DNA from: Phallusia mammillata
Taxonomy: Eukaryota
Reading direction: 5' to 3'
NCBI GenBank assembly: GCA_965637545.1
Contig: OZ281494.1
Span: 1,984,001-2,048,000 of the forward strand
DNA length: 64,000 bases
The position numbers and the translations under genes are program-made. Shown here piece by piece: positions 26,887 to 39,138 of the stretch. Each line of letters begins with the position of its first letter. The stretch's first letter is position 1. The notes under the pieces were generated by a model. That model saw nothing but the letters and a program-made list of their open reading frames with translations, was not told the origin of the DNA and ran no database searches.

Positions 26887-28282
26887 TTATTGGTTGTACA
26901 AAGCATTGTACACAGTCTCCGTTTCGAACGTTGGATTATTTGAGTGGTAAAGTTTGTTCACCACAATTTCTTTATCATGCGATTCGTTTGACGATTTGTC
27001 TCCAGTTTTGGGAGATCTGTCTTTTTTTCTGCATGACACAAAATTATAATAAGTTTTTCAAAATATGTGAAGATAGGCATCAATAAATTCTAATTTCTAT
27101 ACACTGCATTTTATCCCATGAAAGTTGCGTTAGCCTTCTTCATGGATTACCTTATTTTGACCAACAAGTACACAACAACTGTAGATGTCAACATCAGAAA
27201 AACAGCCAGAACCACAGAAATCCATAGAAATACAGACGGCTGTGGCGCAGTTGGACCTAGTGATAATGAATAATCTTTTTAAGTTTTGCCTCGTGAAAAA
27301 AGTTACAGTAACACCGTTTGCATGAGTCACCAGAAACTGCCGGTGTTCCTGTCATTGTTGTCGTCGTTTGGGTTTTCTCCGTTGGGTTTATCCATCTTTC
27401 AGCAGCTGAGTTGTTATGCGTTGATGTGTTCGATGTTACCACCACTTAAATAAAACAAACGTTTCAGGCGTTAAAGTGCAAATATTTTACCACTAAACTA
27501 GGCGAAGTGTTAAATTAAAATCCAGTTGTCCGCTCCAAATGAACAGTCACGGTTTTGTGCTTAAACATTATGTACCAGACAGAAGTTTTTAATAAGAAAT
27601 TTTGGGACAGGCGGCTCGTAGCTAAAAACTAACAAACGTCATCCACTGAAACCACCTTACCAATATTGCGATCAACATTTGATACGTTCGCCTCACAGTC
27701 TACAAAATCAAACGACATCACAGCAGAATATAGCGCAAAGTCAGTTTTGACCACAGGAGGCCAGCTCACAGATTCTTGTATGACATTTTCACACAAGTCT
27801 GGTCTCGTATCTCCAGGTTTGCAGTTCTTCAAGCTGGAACCAGACTTTGCATAAATACGACAGAATGAACCTTTCTGCCACCATTTCCTGTCTACGATAA
27901 AAAAATAACAGATTTTCGTTATGGTTGGCAAGATAAAGTAACAGATAAAAACCTGGGTCATCCGGTGTGTAGAAATTGTAATGGTTTCCCCAAACTCCAA
28001 CAGTGTCAGATTGTAAAACCTTAAAAAGCATCAAAATATTTGTTCGGTTCGGAGGATTGGAATCAAATTCCCAGTTGCAAAGTTCCCCATTATATCCAGT
28101 TGCGTGGATCAAGTACCCTGAGCTGTTTGAAGTGGGAAGTCGGAGGCAATAACTTGCTGCAAAGCTGATGAAAACTATAACAAAATATTTAAAAATAAAC
28201 ACTTAATTACTGATGATCAGAAAACTATTTCCTTACCACTTGAAATGATGCCAATATGTTTAAAACCTTGCTGAACAAACAT
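26887..28282 (-). CDS. Receptor family gene C3, intact (~286 aa), NxLY/ITSM-like tail
   Basis: Exons 28282-28237, 28174-27953, 27891-27661, 27444-27331, 27256-27151, 27028-26887, total 861 nt, open. Tail EIVVNKLYHSNNPTFETETVYNALYNQ*. Confidence 0.85.
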
Positions 28283-29712
28283 TGTCAAATCGCTAACTTA
28301 AAACAGAATAGGAAAGTCAAATCTTACGAAGTCGTCAAAATGCTGTAAAAAGCGAGTTTTTTACAAACAACTTAACATGCTACTAACAAACAATTAACAC
28401 GACATTAAATCAGAAAAGTCAAATTTGTTTACACTACTCTTTCAGTCCTATGTACTCAGTAAGAAACAGCCTTTTGGTTCAGTAGACTAACTTTGTTTCT
28501 GCCGAACTGAGCAAGTAAAAAAGGAAACTTCTCTACAGCAGCCAGCAAATATTGAGAGTACAATAGGTTACTTTGTTATTCGGTACGTGACGTGACCATT
28601 GTGACACTTTCGCCTCTTTGTTGTCCGATTTCCTGTTTGAAAAGCGATTCTGTTTGTTTCAAAACGTCGTATTTTGTCAGAAGAAGCATAGATGACGAGT
28701 CCAAGGATTAGGACTTCTGATTTAGAATTTTTTTACATTTTTTTCAATTAAGAAAGACCATTAAACACGGAAGAAACCACACATTAGTCCTAGACGTCCT
28801 GCCTTTACAAAGAAAGGCCTTCTAAAGCAAAATACGCTGTGGTTTCATGTTCGTCAGCATTCGCATTTATACGAACCATTGTTCTGTTGTTTTCGTAGCT
28901 ATACACATAAACGCGGCAACTAATTTTAGTCCAAGGAAACATATCTTAGTCGGGTTGAACCAAACCGTGCCATTCAGGCCACACAACAAGTAGGTTAGAA
29001 CAACAAGCTGAGTCATTTGATATGAAGGCATTTATCTCCACACCCCTTTCACAATGCTTTCCTCAAACCCAAGTGTGACACAACCGGTCGTTTTACAACG
29101 AACTTTATCATTCGTCCAAGCGCCCGAATTCTGGACAATTTTGAAGTTAATCAAGCATAAAGCATGGTATAATACAATTGCAAAGTAGATTTTCGACAAA
29201 TGGTTGTTTAATTATGTTTATTTACAAAAACCCATTGTTTTTGCAAGAAATATACTTGCATGAATGTATTAACTGACAAAAATTTATCGTTGTGCAAAAA
29301 ATAAACATTCCAATACGAAAGCTGGTAATTGTTCCAGATTAATGGGTGTGACTTACCTGCTATGTACGCCATTTTGCTATATTGTATCGCTCGAACAAAA
29401 GTTACATTTTTCGATCATACGTCAAAGCAAAATAAATTAGGCCGTGAAAAATGAATTAAATTCCTCATGAAAAAAACATAGTGGGCAAAACAAAAGCAGC
29501 GCAGTTTAAACCGATGACTCATGACAGTGAATCACAACAAACTTGGCATTGAAAACTTTAAGGGTGTTCATATTGTTTACAGTGCTTGCTGTATGATAAT
29601 ATTTGTACACAAATGGAATTACACAACAAATACAACACGAATCACACTATGAATCTCGAGGTTGCAACCTTCTGTTATAACCGAGATATTGCATTAAACG
29701 GTTTGTTTAATT

Positions 29713-32252
29713 CTAAGGCAGTTTATTAAAATCCATGTACTCCGGTGTAGGTTGTTGTATTGGGGCAAGATAATCAACGTTGTCGTGTACAGATGGAAAC
29801 TCCACAGTGGCAAAGTCTACAAAACACAGAAGAAATTAACACCAATATTGGTTCCAGAATAAATATCGCTTTTACTGTGTTGTAATGGAGGCGGTTGAAA
29901 ACTGGAAGGAGTTTCTTGGTTTTCACCATTGCTGTGCTGGCAAGGATGCTGTGTATTTTGCTTTTGACTCTCCCTTGTCGATAATTGGACCGAATTTCTA
30001 AACAACAGTTATATGACTACGACCCCAAGTGGTAAATCAACACAAATTCTTAACAAACCTGGAATTAATTTTGTTTTGTCTGTTTCGCCACAACGATATG
30101 ATGAGCAGGAGACAAAATATGGCAAACACAGCAGTAGCTGTTGCAATAACTATGGTGTCAGTCGTAGAAAGACCTAAAACGCAAAATTATCGTGATGGTA
30201 AATTTGTTATAGTTTGCATAATTAGACATTTGCTGATTAAAATGGTTTGCTATCTGAGTTAAGCAAATACAACTCGTGGTTACATTGCAATACGATCTCT
30301 CCTTCAGTTTAAAATTTATAAAACTTTTACTCGAACAAGGAATTGGAACCTGAAGCAGTTTCATTTTAGAACACAAGTAGAGAAACATATTGGTAAGACC
30401 TTTGTCACAAGTTGTGCTGTCGAAAAGTGACGGTGTTCCTGCCTTAGTTGTTGTCTGGGCTGGGTTACTGGAGGTATGCAAAAGCGTACTTACAGCAAAG
30501 ACATCTATAAAAAAATAAGTTAAACAAGTTTAATTACAAGAATATAGCTAAATATGTGTATCAATAAACACAAAAAAATAATGTTAAAATAGTATGATGA
30601 TGAAGCCAAATTTATAGGCAATAAACTGGAAAAACAATTTATTAAATCTTAAATTCAGTTGAATTGGGGATGTTCTAAACCAGTATGGAAAACTATTTCA
30701 ATAATCACAAAAATAGTGCTTCTAAGCTATGACTTGCCGTTGTTGTCGTGCATAACTTTTGTCGTAATATTCGCCTCACAATCTATGAACTGATATGACA
30801 TAACTGCTGAGTAGAGTGTAAACTGTGTTTTAAATTCAGGTGGCCAATTTACAGATTCCTCGATAACCCGGTTGCACAGGTTAGACCGAGTTTCTCCAAC
30901 TGAACAGTTCCTTGCGTTTGATCCACTGTGTACATACATGCGACACCATGGGATTGTCTGGCTGGACACTCTTTTACCTATGATAGACGATTCGTTACTA
31001 CATGTCAAATGTTAACAATGTGGTAATGTGGTAACAGCCAACATTTAACAAAGTTTAACCCGTTCTTAAATGTAACTTATTGACTAAAAAAGAAAACGTA
31101 GTTAAAGTTTACAACAAAAAATCGTAAGTTACTTGGATCGTTGGGCAGCCAAAAGTAGTCTTGTATTGAAATTTTGCTCATATATTGGGCTGCAAACACT
31201 TTCAACACCATCATTAGGTTGCTTCTGTTCGAGATGGTACTGTTGAAGACCCATGTGCATGTAGCGCCCGGATAAGCGCCCAAATGAACCAAGTAACCGG
31301 ATGAATTTGAAGTCTTCAGGGTAACACAGCTTTTATTCGCTGATGCCAGTACTCCTGTGAAATAAACTTTTTAGAAACACACATAACAATAGGTTCCGTT
31401 TAGCTTTTCCGTTTAGAATGCAATACCATATGTCACTTTATAGCGACCCACCGACACACTATTATAAAGAGAAGCGAAGTGTTAAATTCAAATCCAGTTG
31501 TCCGTTCCAAATGAACGGTCACGGTTTCGTGCTAACATTATATACCAGACAGAAGTTTTTAATAAGAAATTTTGGGATAGGCGGATCGTAGCTAAAAACT
31601 AACAAACGTCATCCACCGAAACCACCTTACCAATATTGCGATCAACATTTGATACGTTCGCCTCACAGTCCACAAAATCAAACGACATCACAGCAGAATA
31701 TAGCGCAAAGTCCGTTTTGACCACAGGAGGCCAAATAACTGATTCTTGTATGACAATTTCACACAAGTCCGGTCTCTTATCTCCAGGTTTGCAGTTCGTC
31801 AAATTGGAACCAGACTTAACATAAATACGACAGAAAGGACCCGATTGCCACCACTTCGTTCCTACGACAACAAAATAACAGATCTTGGTTATGGTTGGAA
31901 AGATAAAGTAACAGATAAAAACCTGGGTCATCCGGTGTGTAGAAATTGTAATGGTTTCCCCAAACTCCAACAGTGTCAGATTGTAAAACCTTAAAAAGCA
32001 TCAAAATATTTGTTCGGTTCGGAGGATTGTAATCAAATTCCCAGTTGCAAAGTTCCCCATTATATCCAGTTGCGTGTATCAAGTAACCTGAGCTGTTTGA
32101 AGTGGGAAGTCGGAGGCAATAACTTGCTGCAAAGCTGATGAAAACTAAAACAAAATATTTAAAAATAAACACTTAAATACTGATGATCAGAAAACTATTT
32201 CCTTACCACTTGAAATGATGCCAATATGTTTAAAACCTTGCTGAACAAACAT
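29713..32252 (-). CDS. Receptor family gene D2: two tandem ectodomains (C-type + E-type), class-A-type tail
   Basis: Exons 32252-32207, 32144-31923, 31861-31631, 31354-31133, 30977-30738 (GC donor), 30504-30400, 30173-30059, 29997-29876, 29816-29713. All are phase-compatible and open. Tail HNFATVEFPSVHDNVDYLAPIQQPTPEYMDFNKLP*. Confidence 0.72.
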
Positions 32253-33392
32253 TGTCAAATCGCTGACTTAAAACAGAATGGGAAAGTCAAATCTTACAAA
32301 GTCGTCAAAATGCTGTAAAAAACGAGTTTGTAACAAACAACTTAACATGCTTATTGACATTAAATCAGAAAAGTCAAATTTGATTACACTACTCTTTTAG
32401 TCTTATGTAGCCTACTAAGTAAGAAACAACCTTTTTGTTCAGTAGACTAACTTTGTTTCTGCCGAACTAAGCAAGTAAAAGAACGAAACTTCTCTACAGC
32501 AGCCAGCAAATACTGAAAGCACAATAGGTTACTTTCTTATTCAGGACGTGACGTGACCATTGTGACACTTTCGCCTCTTTGTTAATTTTAGTTCCAGGAA
32601 ACTTATCTTAGTCGGGTTGAACCAAACCGTGCCATTCGGGTAACACAACAAGTCGGTGAGAACAACACATCACAAAGACATATTTTTTTCCATCCACAAT
32701 CTCCCCCCAAACCGTAATCTAAAACAACCATGCCGACAGTTATATATATTTTGTTGAGCTTTACATGGAGAATTAGGTAAATCGGTGGGGGATTAATTCA
32801 AAAACTAAACAAATTGGAATATTGTAGCAAAAGTATGCGACATTTGGCTTGGTTTATACAGCGTAAAAGTTATTGCAAGGTAAGTAAAAAAGTTGCACTC
32901 ATTTTAATCATCTCGTATTACATTTCGCTGTCTACAGTTTTTGCAAAAGATTTGTTGTATGTTTTTTTTTAATAACTTCTGGATCCTCAATAACGCAAAT
33001 GAGAAAACCGTCAAGGAAAAGTAGACTACCAAGAAAACCAGAAAGTACATCAAAAGACCAGAAAGTACATCAAAAGACCCGTTAAAGACCCACTTTTATG
33101 AAGGGAAGCAAACAAATGAAAAAGGTGCTGGAAAAAAACAACGGTAGAGATGCAATTTGGTGACGCACAAAAATTTACAGATCGAATCAATCAGGCGTCA
33201 ATAAGAAACGTATTCCGACGCAACTTATGTACAAGAGCAGTCGATCTGTCGAGAAGTACGTTGCTCAAAAAGTGAAACGTTTGCTAGCACATTCAAACAG
33301 ACCTGATCCACCGATATAAGTTAATGCTGGTAAATTAATCCACACAAATGAATTACATCTTACACTTTTGGGATCACCCGTAGCATCTAGCA

Positions 33393-33810
33393 CAGTGGTT
33401 CCCAAACTTTTCATGTTTTATTTAAAACGATCACGTTGCTATTATTTCGAGGGCTCGCGGTCCTTAAGCCTAAATGTGTATTTCATAAAAACAAAAGTTG
33501 ATTGCAGGATTTTAGCTAGTTATGCAAAATTGCGCATAACAATCATTCAAAGACAGCATGTGACATCACAAACAGGACGAAAACATTACGATTGTGCGCG
33601 AACAATTGCATTTTTGATAGTTGTCATTCAATAAAGGCCATTGTTTAGCAATGGAGACAGTCGATTCTCAATTCTACTTTGATATAAATTTATTTAGTGG
33701 CACAAACTGACGACAAATAAGATTATAGAATTACTTTAACCGCTTCGCGGTTCCCCCAAATTGCCTCCCGGGCCCCTAAAGGACCGCGGACCTCAGTTTG
33801 GGAGCCGCTG
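33393..33810. mobile_element. hAT-type MITE
   Basis: TIRs CAGTGGTTCCCAAAC / GTTTGGGAGCCGCTG; perfect 8-bp TSD ATCTAGCA. Confidence 0.85.
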
Positions 33811-33918
33811 ATCTAGCAGAAACTCAAAACAGCTACAAGGTTGTTCAATTTGCAGTTATGTGCTAACTTCCACATAACAGGGTTCACACGATAAATCTTC
33901 TATTCTGAGCGTACTCAC

Positions 33919-33955
33919 CGCAAAGCAGAAACATTAATGTTATCATCGATATCAT
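33919..33955 (-). CDS. Alternative (E-type) leader exon for D2
   Basis: MISMITLMFLLC+G|gtgag, 37 nt, paralogous to the gene E leader 39138-39102 and phase-compatible with exon 31354-31133 (GVLASANKSC). Confidence 0.6.
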
Positions 33956-34519
33956 TTTCTTAGATGTGGAAACCCCAATAACAATGCTGTGCCTAAAAAA
34001 AAGAATAAGTTATATGGCATAATTTAGCAAGTCTGAAAATTGCTTTGATATTCACACCCAAAACTCAAGTTTCAACGCCCATTTTATTGAGTGATTTTCC
34101 TGCATATTTCGATCATATGCAAACAACACACATTTTACTAAGTTGCTCAATCTATTGTTCGTTATGGTCCTTTGTTGGGAGCTTGAATCATTCAGTGCAG
34201 CTTGCAGTTAAGACAGGAAACACCTCATGGTTATAATGGATGCACAACTTTTAGAACCACACGAACTTTCGACCCGGGTATTGTTTTTCGGTTCAGGTTA
34301 TTGTGTTTGTGGAGTGCTGCAACAAGAATGTACAGAAGCGCACAAGGTGGACACGCCTCTGCCGTCTACCGTTTTACTTTTAGGTAGTCCAACTTAGAAC
34401 CTGGCGAAACACTTTACCCTAATTTTTTGGCGAATTTTTTGGCGGGCACACTGATTTAAGTGTTGAGAGTTTAAACTAATTTGTAAAAGCTGCCATGGCC
34501 CAAACAACCAAGCATGAAA

Positions 34520-34850
34520 CGCTCGGCTCGTCAACTTTGACGTAAAATCGTTGTTCACCAACTTACCAGTTGATTTGGCGGAGAAAACCGCTGGAAATTT
34601 CAGTCCTCCATTTGAAACTTTTTTCAGAAAAACTATACTTTAAAAGGAGAAACTGTGTTTATAAAATTTCATTCATTGAATTTCCATTTAGGTGTCTTTA
34701 CTTTTCCATTGGCAAAAGTCTTTGAATTTTAAATTAGTAATAAAGACACAAATTTGATCAAAAACAGACTTTGATTCTTGAATTACTCGTTTTATTTCCA
34801 ACAATCTCATACGTCCGCTATGTCTTAAACCTAAGTTTTATGCAAGATTG
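34520..34850 (+). mobile_element. Degraded Penelope-like retroelement RT fragment
   Basis: RLVNFDVKSLFTNLPVDLA matches the PLE RT motif FDVxSLFTNxP; LKPKFYAR lies downstream near 34820. Confidence 0.6.
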
Positions 34851-35711
34851 GAAATGTAATATTAAACATGAATTGTCAAACTTCAATAAACAGGATTATG
34901 TCATGTTATTTATTACAACAAATTTGACTTTTGTGGTCTGAACAGTTTGCAACTGAGCAACACGCATACAGACGGAAAAACACTGTCACTTAATAAAGAA
35001 ATGCGCCACAGTGTAAAAGCAAAAAAAGTATTCTTAAAAACTTTTTAATATCGTATAGTCAATAAACATATCGTATAGTCAATAAACACTCACATACACA
35101 AGTATAAATCATACAAATTACAGTGGGTTTTTAAATAGCAAGCATTTAATAAAACGGTTTTGGAGAGGAATTCAAGTTTTACTTGCTAATGTCCACAGGG
35201 TTGCCTGTTTTTATTTTGCAAATGCGTGCAAACCAACCTAGCAAATTCGACAAAATAAGCACAGATCTAAACTGAAGATGCTTATAGCTAGGAGATTGAC
35301 GCACATGTTTATGCACGGGATTTTGAGTATATTTATCAAACATATTCATCAAATCTATGATGTTTTCGTGACTAGATAGAATAGATAGACAACAAAACAC
35401 ATTCACTTACAAGCATAGTTCATGAAAAGTGCAGGGGATTTTTTAAAAAGAGCAAGCATTTCACAAAAACAAACGATTATGCAACTTTATTACGCCTTAC
35501 GCAAATCCAAAAAAAAGTATAGAAATAAACGGAATACAAATCCTTTCACAGTCCGGCCGATAAAAAAGAATATCAATGACTTTCATTGATTTAAACTGTT
35601 TTATTAAGGGTTAAACAACAGCATATGCATTAAACTTCATCAACCCTCGATCATACGAAAACAAAATATCGCAAATCACACTGATTCAAGACCACCCGCC
35701 CACGTTTACGT

Positions 35712-38700
35712 TTAACCCATTGGTGCGTGGTACAGGTCATTGTACACGGTTTCTTTCTCTGGTGGCAGATCGGACGATTGGTAAAGTTCGTTGTTGACCA
35801 TTCCATTCGGTTGATCAGACGTGACTCCCCTCTTAACCGGAACACTGTAAACGTCATTTGGCGAACCACTCTGTGTTGTTGAGTTCTTCAACTTCCTGCA
35901 GTACATAGAATCATAAAAATAGTTATAAACTACTGGCGTGTGGATTAAATTATCTTGATCTAAATGCAAAGATATATTGTGCTAAGTCATTTTTCATGTT
36001 GTAATCTGTAACGACGCTTTTTCACACATTAACAGAATAAAAAAGGACAGTATGAGGCTCAAGGTAGAGCTGTCTTAATGTGAAACATAGAAGCGATGGT
36101 ATGTTCCTCAAATTTGTACCATTTTTCAATAAACTTTCAGTACTTGGAGGCAAATATTCTCCATATTTTTGCACCGGTAAACAGACATGGCAAGATAGTT
36201 TTAAAATAAAAAACTACTTTTAAAATAAAAACGTATAAAATCATGCAGTATTGATTCCACATTTTGCCCAGTAGTTTACCTGTTTTGAAACAGCAAGAAA
36301 ATCAATCCTGCCCAGCTGACCACCAGCAAACAAGCAAGGGCAATGGACAACCACAAGTACGTTGCTCCAGCAGTTGTTTTATCCGTTGCTCCAGTTACTA
36401 CCGTAATAGGACTACCTATACAATTGTAAAACATATTTGCTAAAAGGTAAAAGGCAGACGATAATACGATAATAAACAATACTCGGTTTGTGTGCAGCTA
36501 AGTTTATCTTAGACATTCAATTATAAGACTTAGGATACTACAGGATGTTGTAACCAAAAAGTTCCTCTGCTGCATTTACTGCTTATGGATACTTCCATAG
36601 ACAATTGAAGAAGGAAGTAAATGTCATGTAGAAATACAAACATCCTGGTTACTCTGAAGCTGTGGCAACTTGATATATAGAGCACCAAATAGTGGCTATA
36701 ACGTCTAAAATTTTGTTACCTTATTGGCTCATATATGTAAACCAATATGGAGTGCATCAATAACTAGTAACAGCCAACTAGAAACCACAAACACAGGAAA
36801 CAGGTAACGTCATATCAGCTTGACTTTAGACACGTCACACACAATTTACCGTCCACGGGTGTTTTCGATGTACTTCCTGGTGAACTGGTTGCAGCCGGTT
36901 CAGTAGTTTCATGACTTGCGACGGTTGTTGTGATGTTAGAGTTATTTGTAGATGATCCAGGAGCGATAACCACTGCACATAACAATAATATGTTTGAAAT
37001 AATTTCACAAAAAATCATTTTTCCAACCGTCATGTCAGTGCATCAAGTTTGCTTCAATTTAAAGCTGTATCCTAAATACAAATTGTCGGGAGAGTTAAGG
37101 TCCACAAAATATTAACTTGTAAAAGAGTCAAACTAACTAAAATGCAGTTAGAACTTGGTTGTGCATTATAACTATTTGTTTGGACCTTTTGGCACTTTGG
37201 GTAAAAAGTTTTTACTAAAAACTATAACAAGCAAATACTTGCCATTGTCTTGCATGACGTTTGACGTCACATTCGCTTCACAATCAATAAAGTGATATGA
37301 CATCACTGCTGAGTAGAGTGCGAATTTTGTTTTAAATTGAGGTGGCCAAGTTGCAGATTCCTCGATAACCCGGTTGCACAGGTTGGAGCGTGTTTCGCCA
37401 ACTAAACAGTTTGTTGCGTTTGATCCGCTTTGCACGTAGATGCGACACCATGTGATTATTTCGCTGGATACTCTTTTACCTGTGATTTCAAAACATCCTT
37501 TCAAAACAGTTGCTAAAGAAATAAATTTGAAAAAAGGGGGTAATGTACAAGTGTTGTGGTGACTGCTAATGGTGTTTAAAGCCATGATAAAATGATAAAC
37601 TCTTTTGCGTCACTATTTTTCCTATAGTATAATCAAGTGTTACAACATGCAATTTTAATCTAACGCATAAGCATCTAACGCATAAGCGCCGACACGTTAT
37701 CGCAAGCGCCCCTCATTGAAATTAATTTTTTCTCTAATTTAACATTTTTTGTCGAATTCTGGTGAATGTCTAAAAATGTATCTAAGTAAAGGAGAGCAAT
37801 TGCTCTCTTAAGTCAACAATTGTCTAAATTTAGACGTTAATGTATCAAGTGGTATTTCCATACTATCTGCCGTTTTGCTCTATTTCGAACAAACAGAATG
37901 CTACACATGATAAAAGTGTGATGGATGCGTGGCTAAGCGGGGATTTTATACATCGCAAAGTGTTTCAGGTTTTATTGCACAGTACATAATTTATACTTAT
38001 ATGTACACAATTATTTAATATAGTAGGTTAGCGTCGAAATTTCGCACCATTAACTTGATACAACGGTAAGTTACTTGGATCGTTGGGCAGCCAAAAGTAA
38101 TCATTATGATTCCATAATTTGCCAGTATATTCGGCTGCAAACACTTTCAACACCATCATTAGGTTGCTTCTGTTCGACACGGTATAGTTGAAGTCCCATG
38201 TGCATGTGATACCAGAATAATCGCCCAAATGAACCAGGTAGCCGGAGGAGTTTGAAGTCTTCAGGGTGACACAGCTTTTATTTGCTGATGCAAGTACTCC
38301 TGTGAAAATCAGCGATTTTAAAACAAACGTAATCAATTGGTTCCGTTGAGCAGAAAACTAAAAGAGGTTGAAACGTTGCTGTTATAGTTAACTAAGTGGC
38401 AATTAGTTTCTAGAAATTGTGGTAAAAGAACATGCTATACGATATGTTACGTCATATCCCCAAACTACCATTACGAAGGAGAGGAAACTATTCAAACGTT
38501 GCAGGAAACTTTATTGGTCCAAGCCTATTAAAGTGGCAATACTTACAAATAGTTGCGAGACTGTTTGTGTTTCTTTACTTGTTGAATTATTTTCATCTTA
38601 GGTATACAATGCGTGGTTCTACATATTCTTAGCACGACAATATAAACCAATGATTGTGTATATCACAACAATTTAGCATTCCTGCTATCGTCAGGTAATA

Positions 38701-39138
38701 CAAAACCAATAGGAGGGGTTTAACTTGGTAACGGACAACATAAAAAGCGGCACAAAGTTACAATTAAAAGCAATAACAAGAAACCCATCCTGACACAACA
38801 CATACACACGAACAAGTCAAACGTTTGCTCGCACATTCAAGGGCACCCGACCCACCGAGTTAAATTCTCTAACCCTGAAGTATTGCTAGGTTATTTACAT
38901 ACCGATATAAGTTGGTAAAATACCACAAAACTTGCGCTTTTCACTTTTAGAAATATCTTTGCAGTTTGCAACTAGCCCAGGAAATAGAAATACAATCAAA
39001 CTGTCACGCTAAGCTGCTTAAAGCTTGTGCAATTTATAGTTATGTACAAAACTTGTAGATACCAGAAGCTTACACTATAAATGTACTATAAACGTACTCA
39101 CCGCAAAGCAAAAACAGTAACGTTATCATCAATGACAT
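35712..39138 (-). CDS. Receptor family gene E, intact divergent member (~313 aa)
   Basis: Exons 39138-39102, 38299-38075, 37479-37243 (GC donor), 36972-36850, 36415-36280, 35895-35712, total 942 nt, open. Signal MSLMITLLFLLCGVLASA; TM YLWLSIALACLLVVSWAGLIFLLF; tail DVYSVP...NNELYQSS...ETVYNDLYHAPMG*. Confidence 0.85.
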
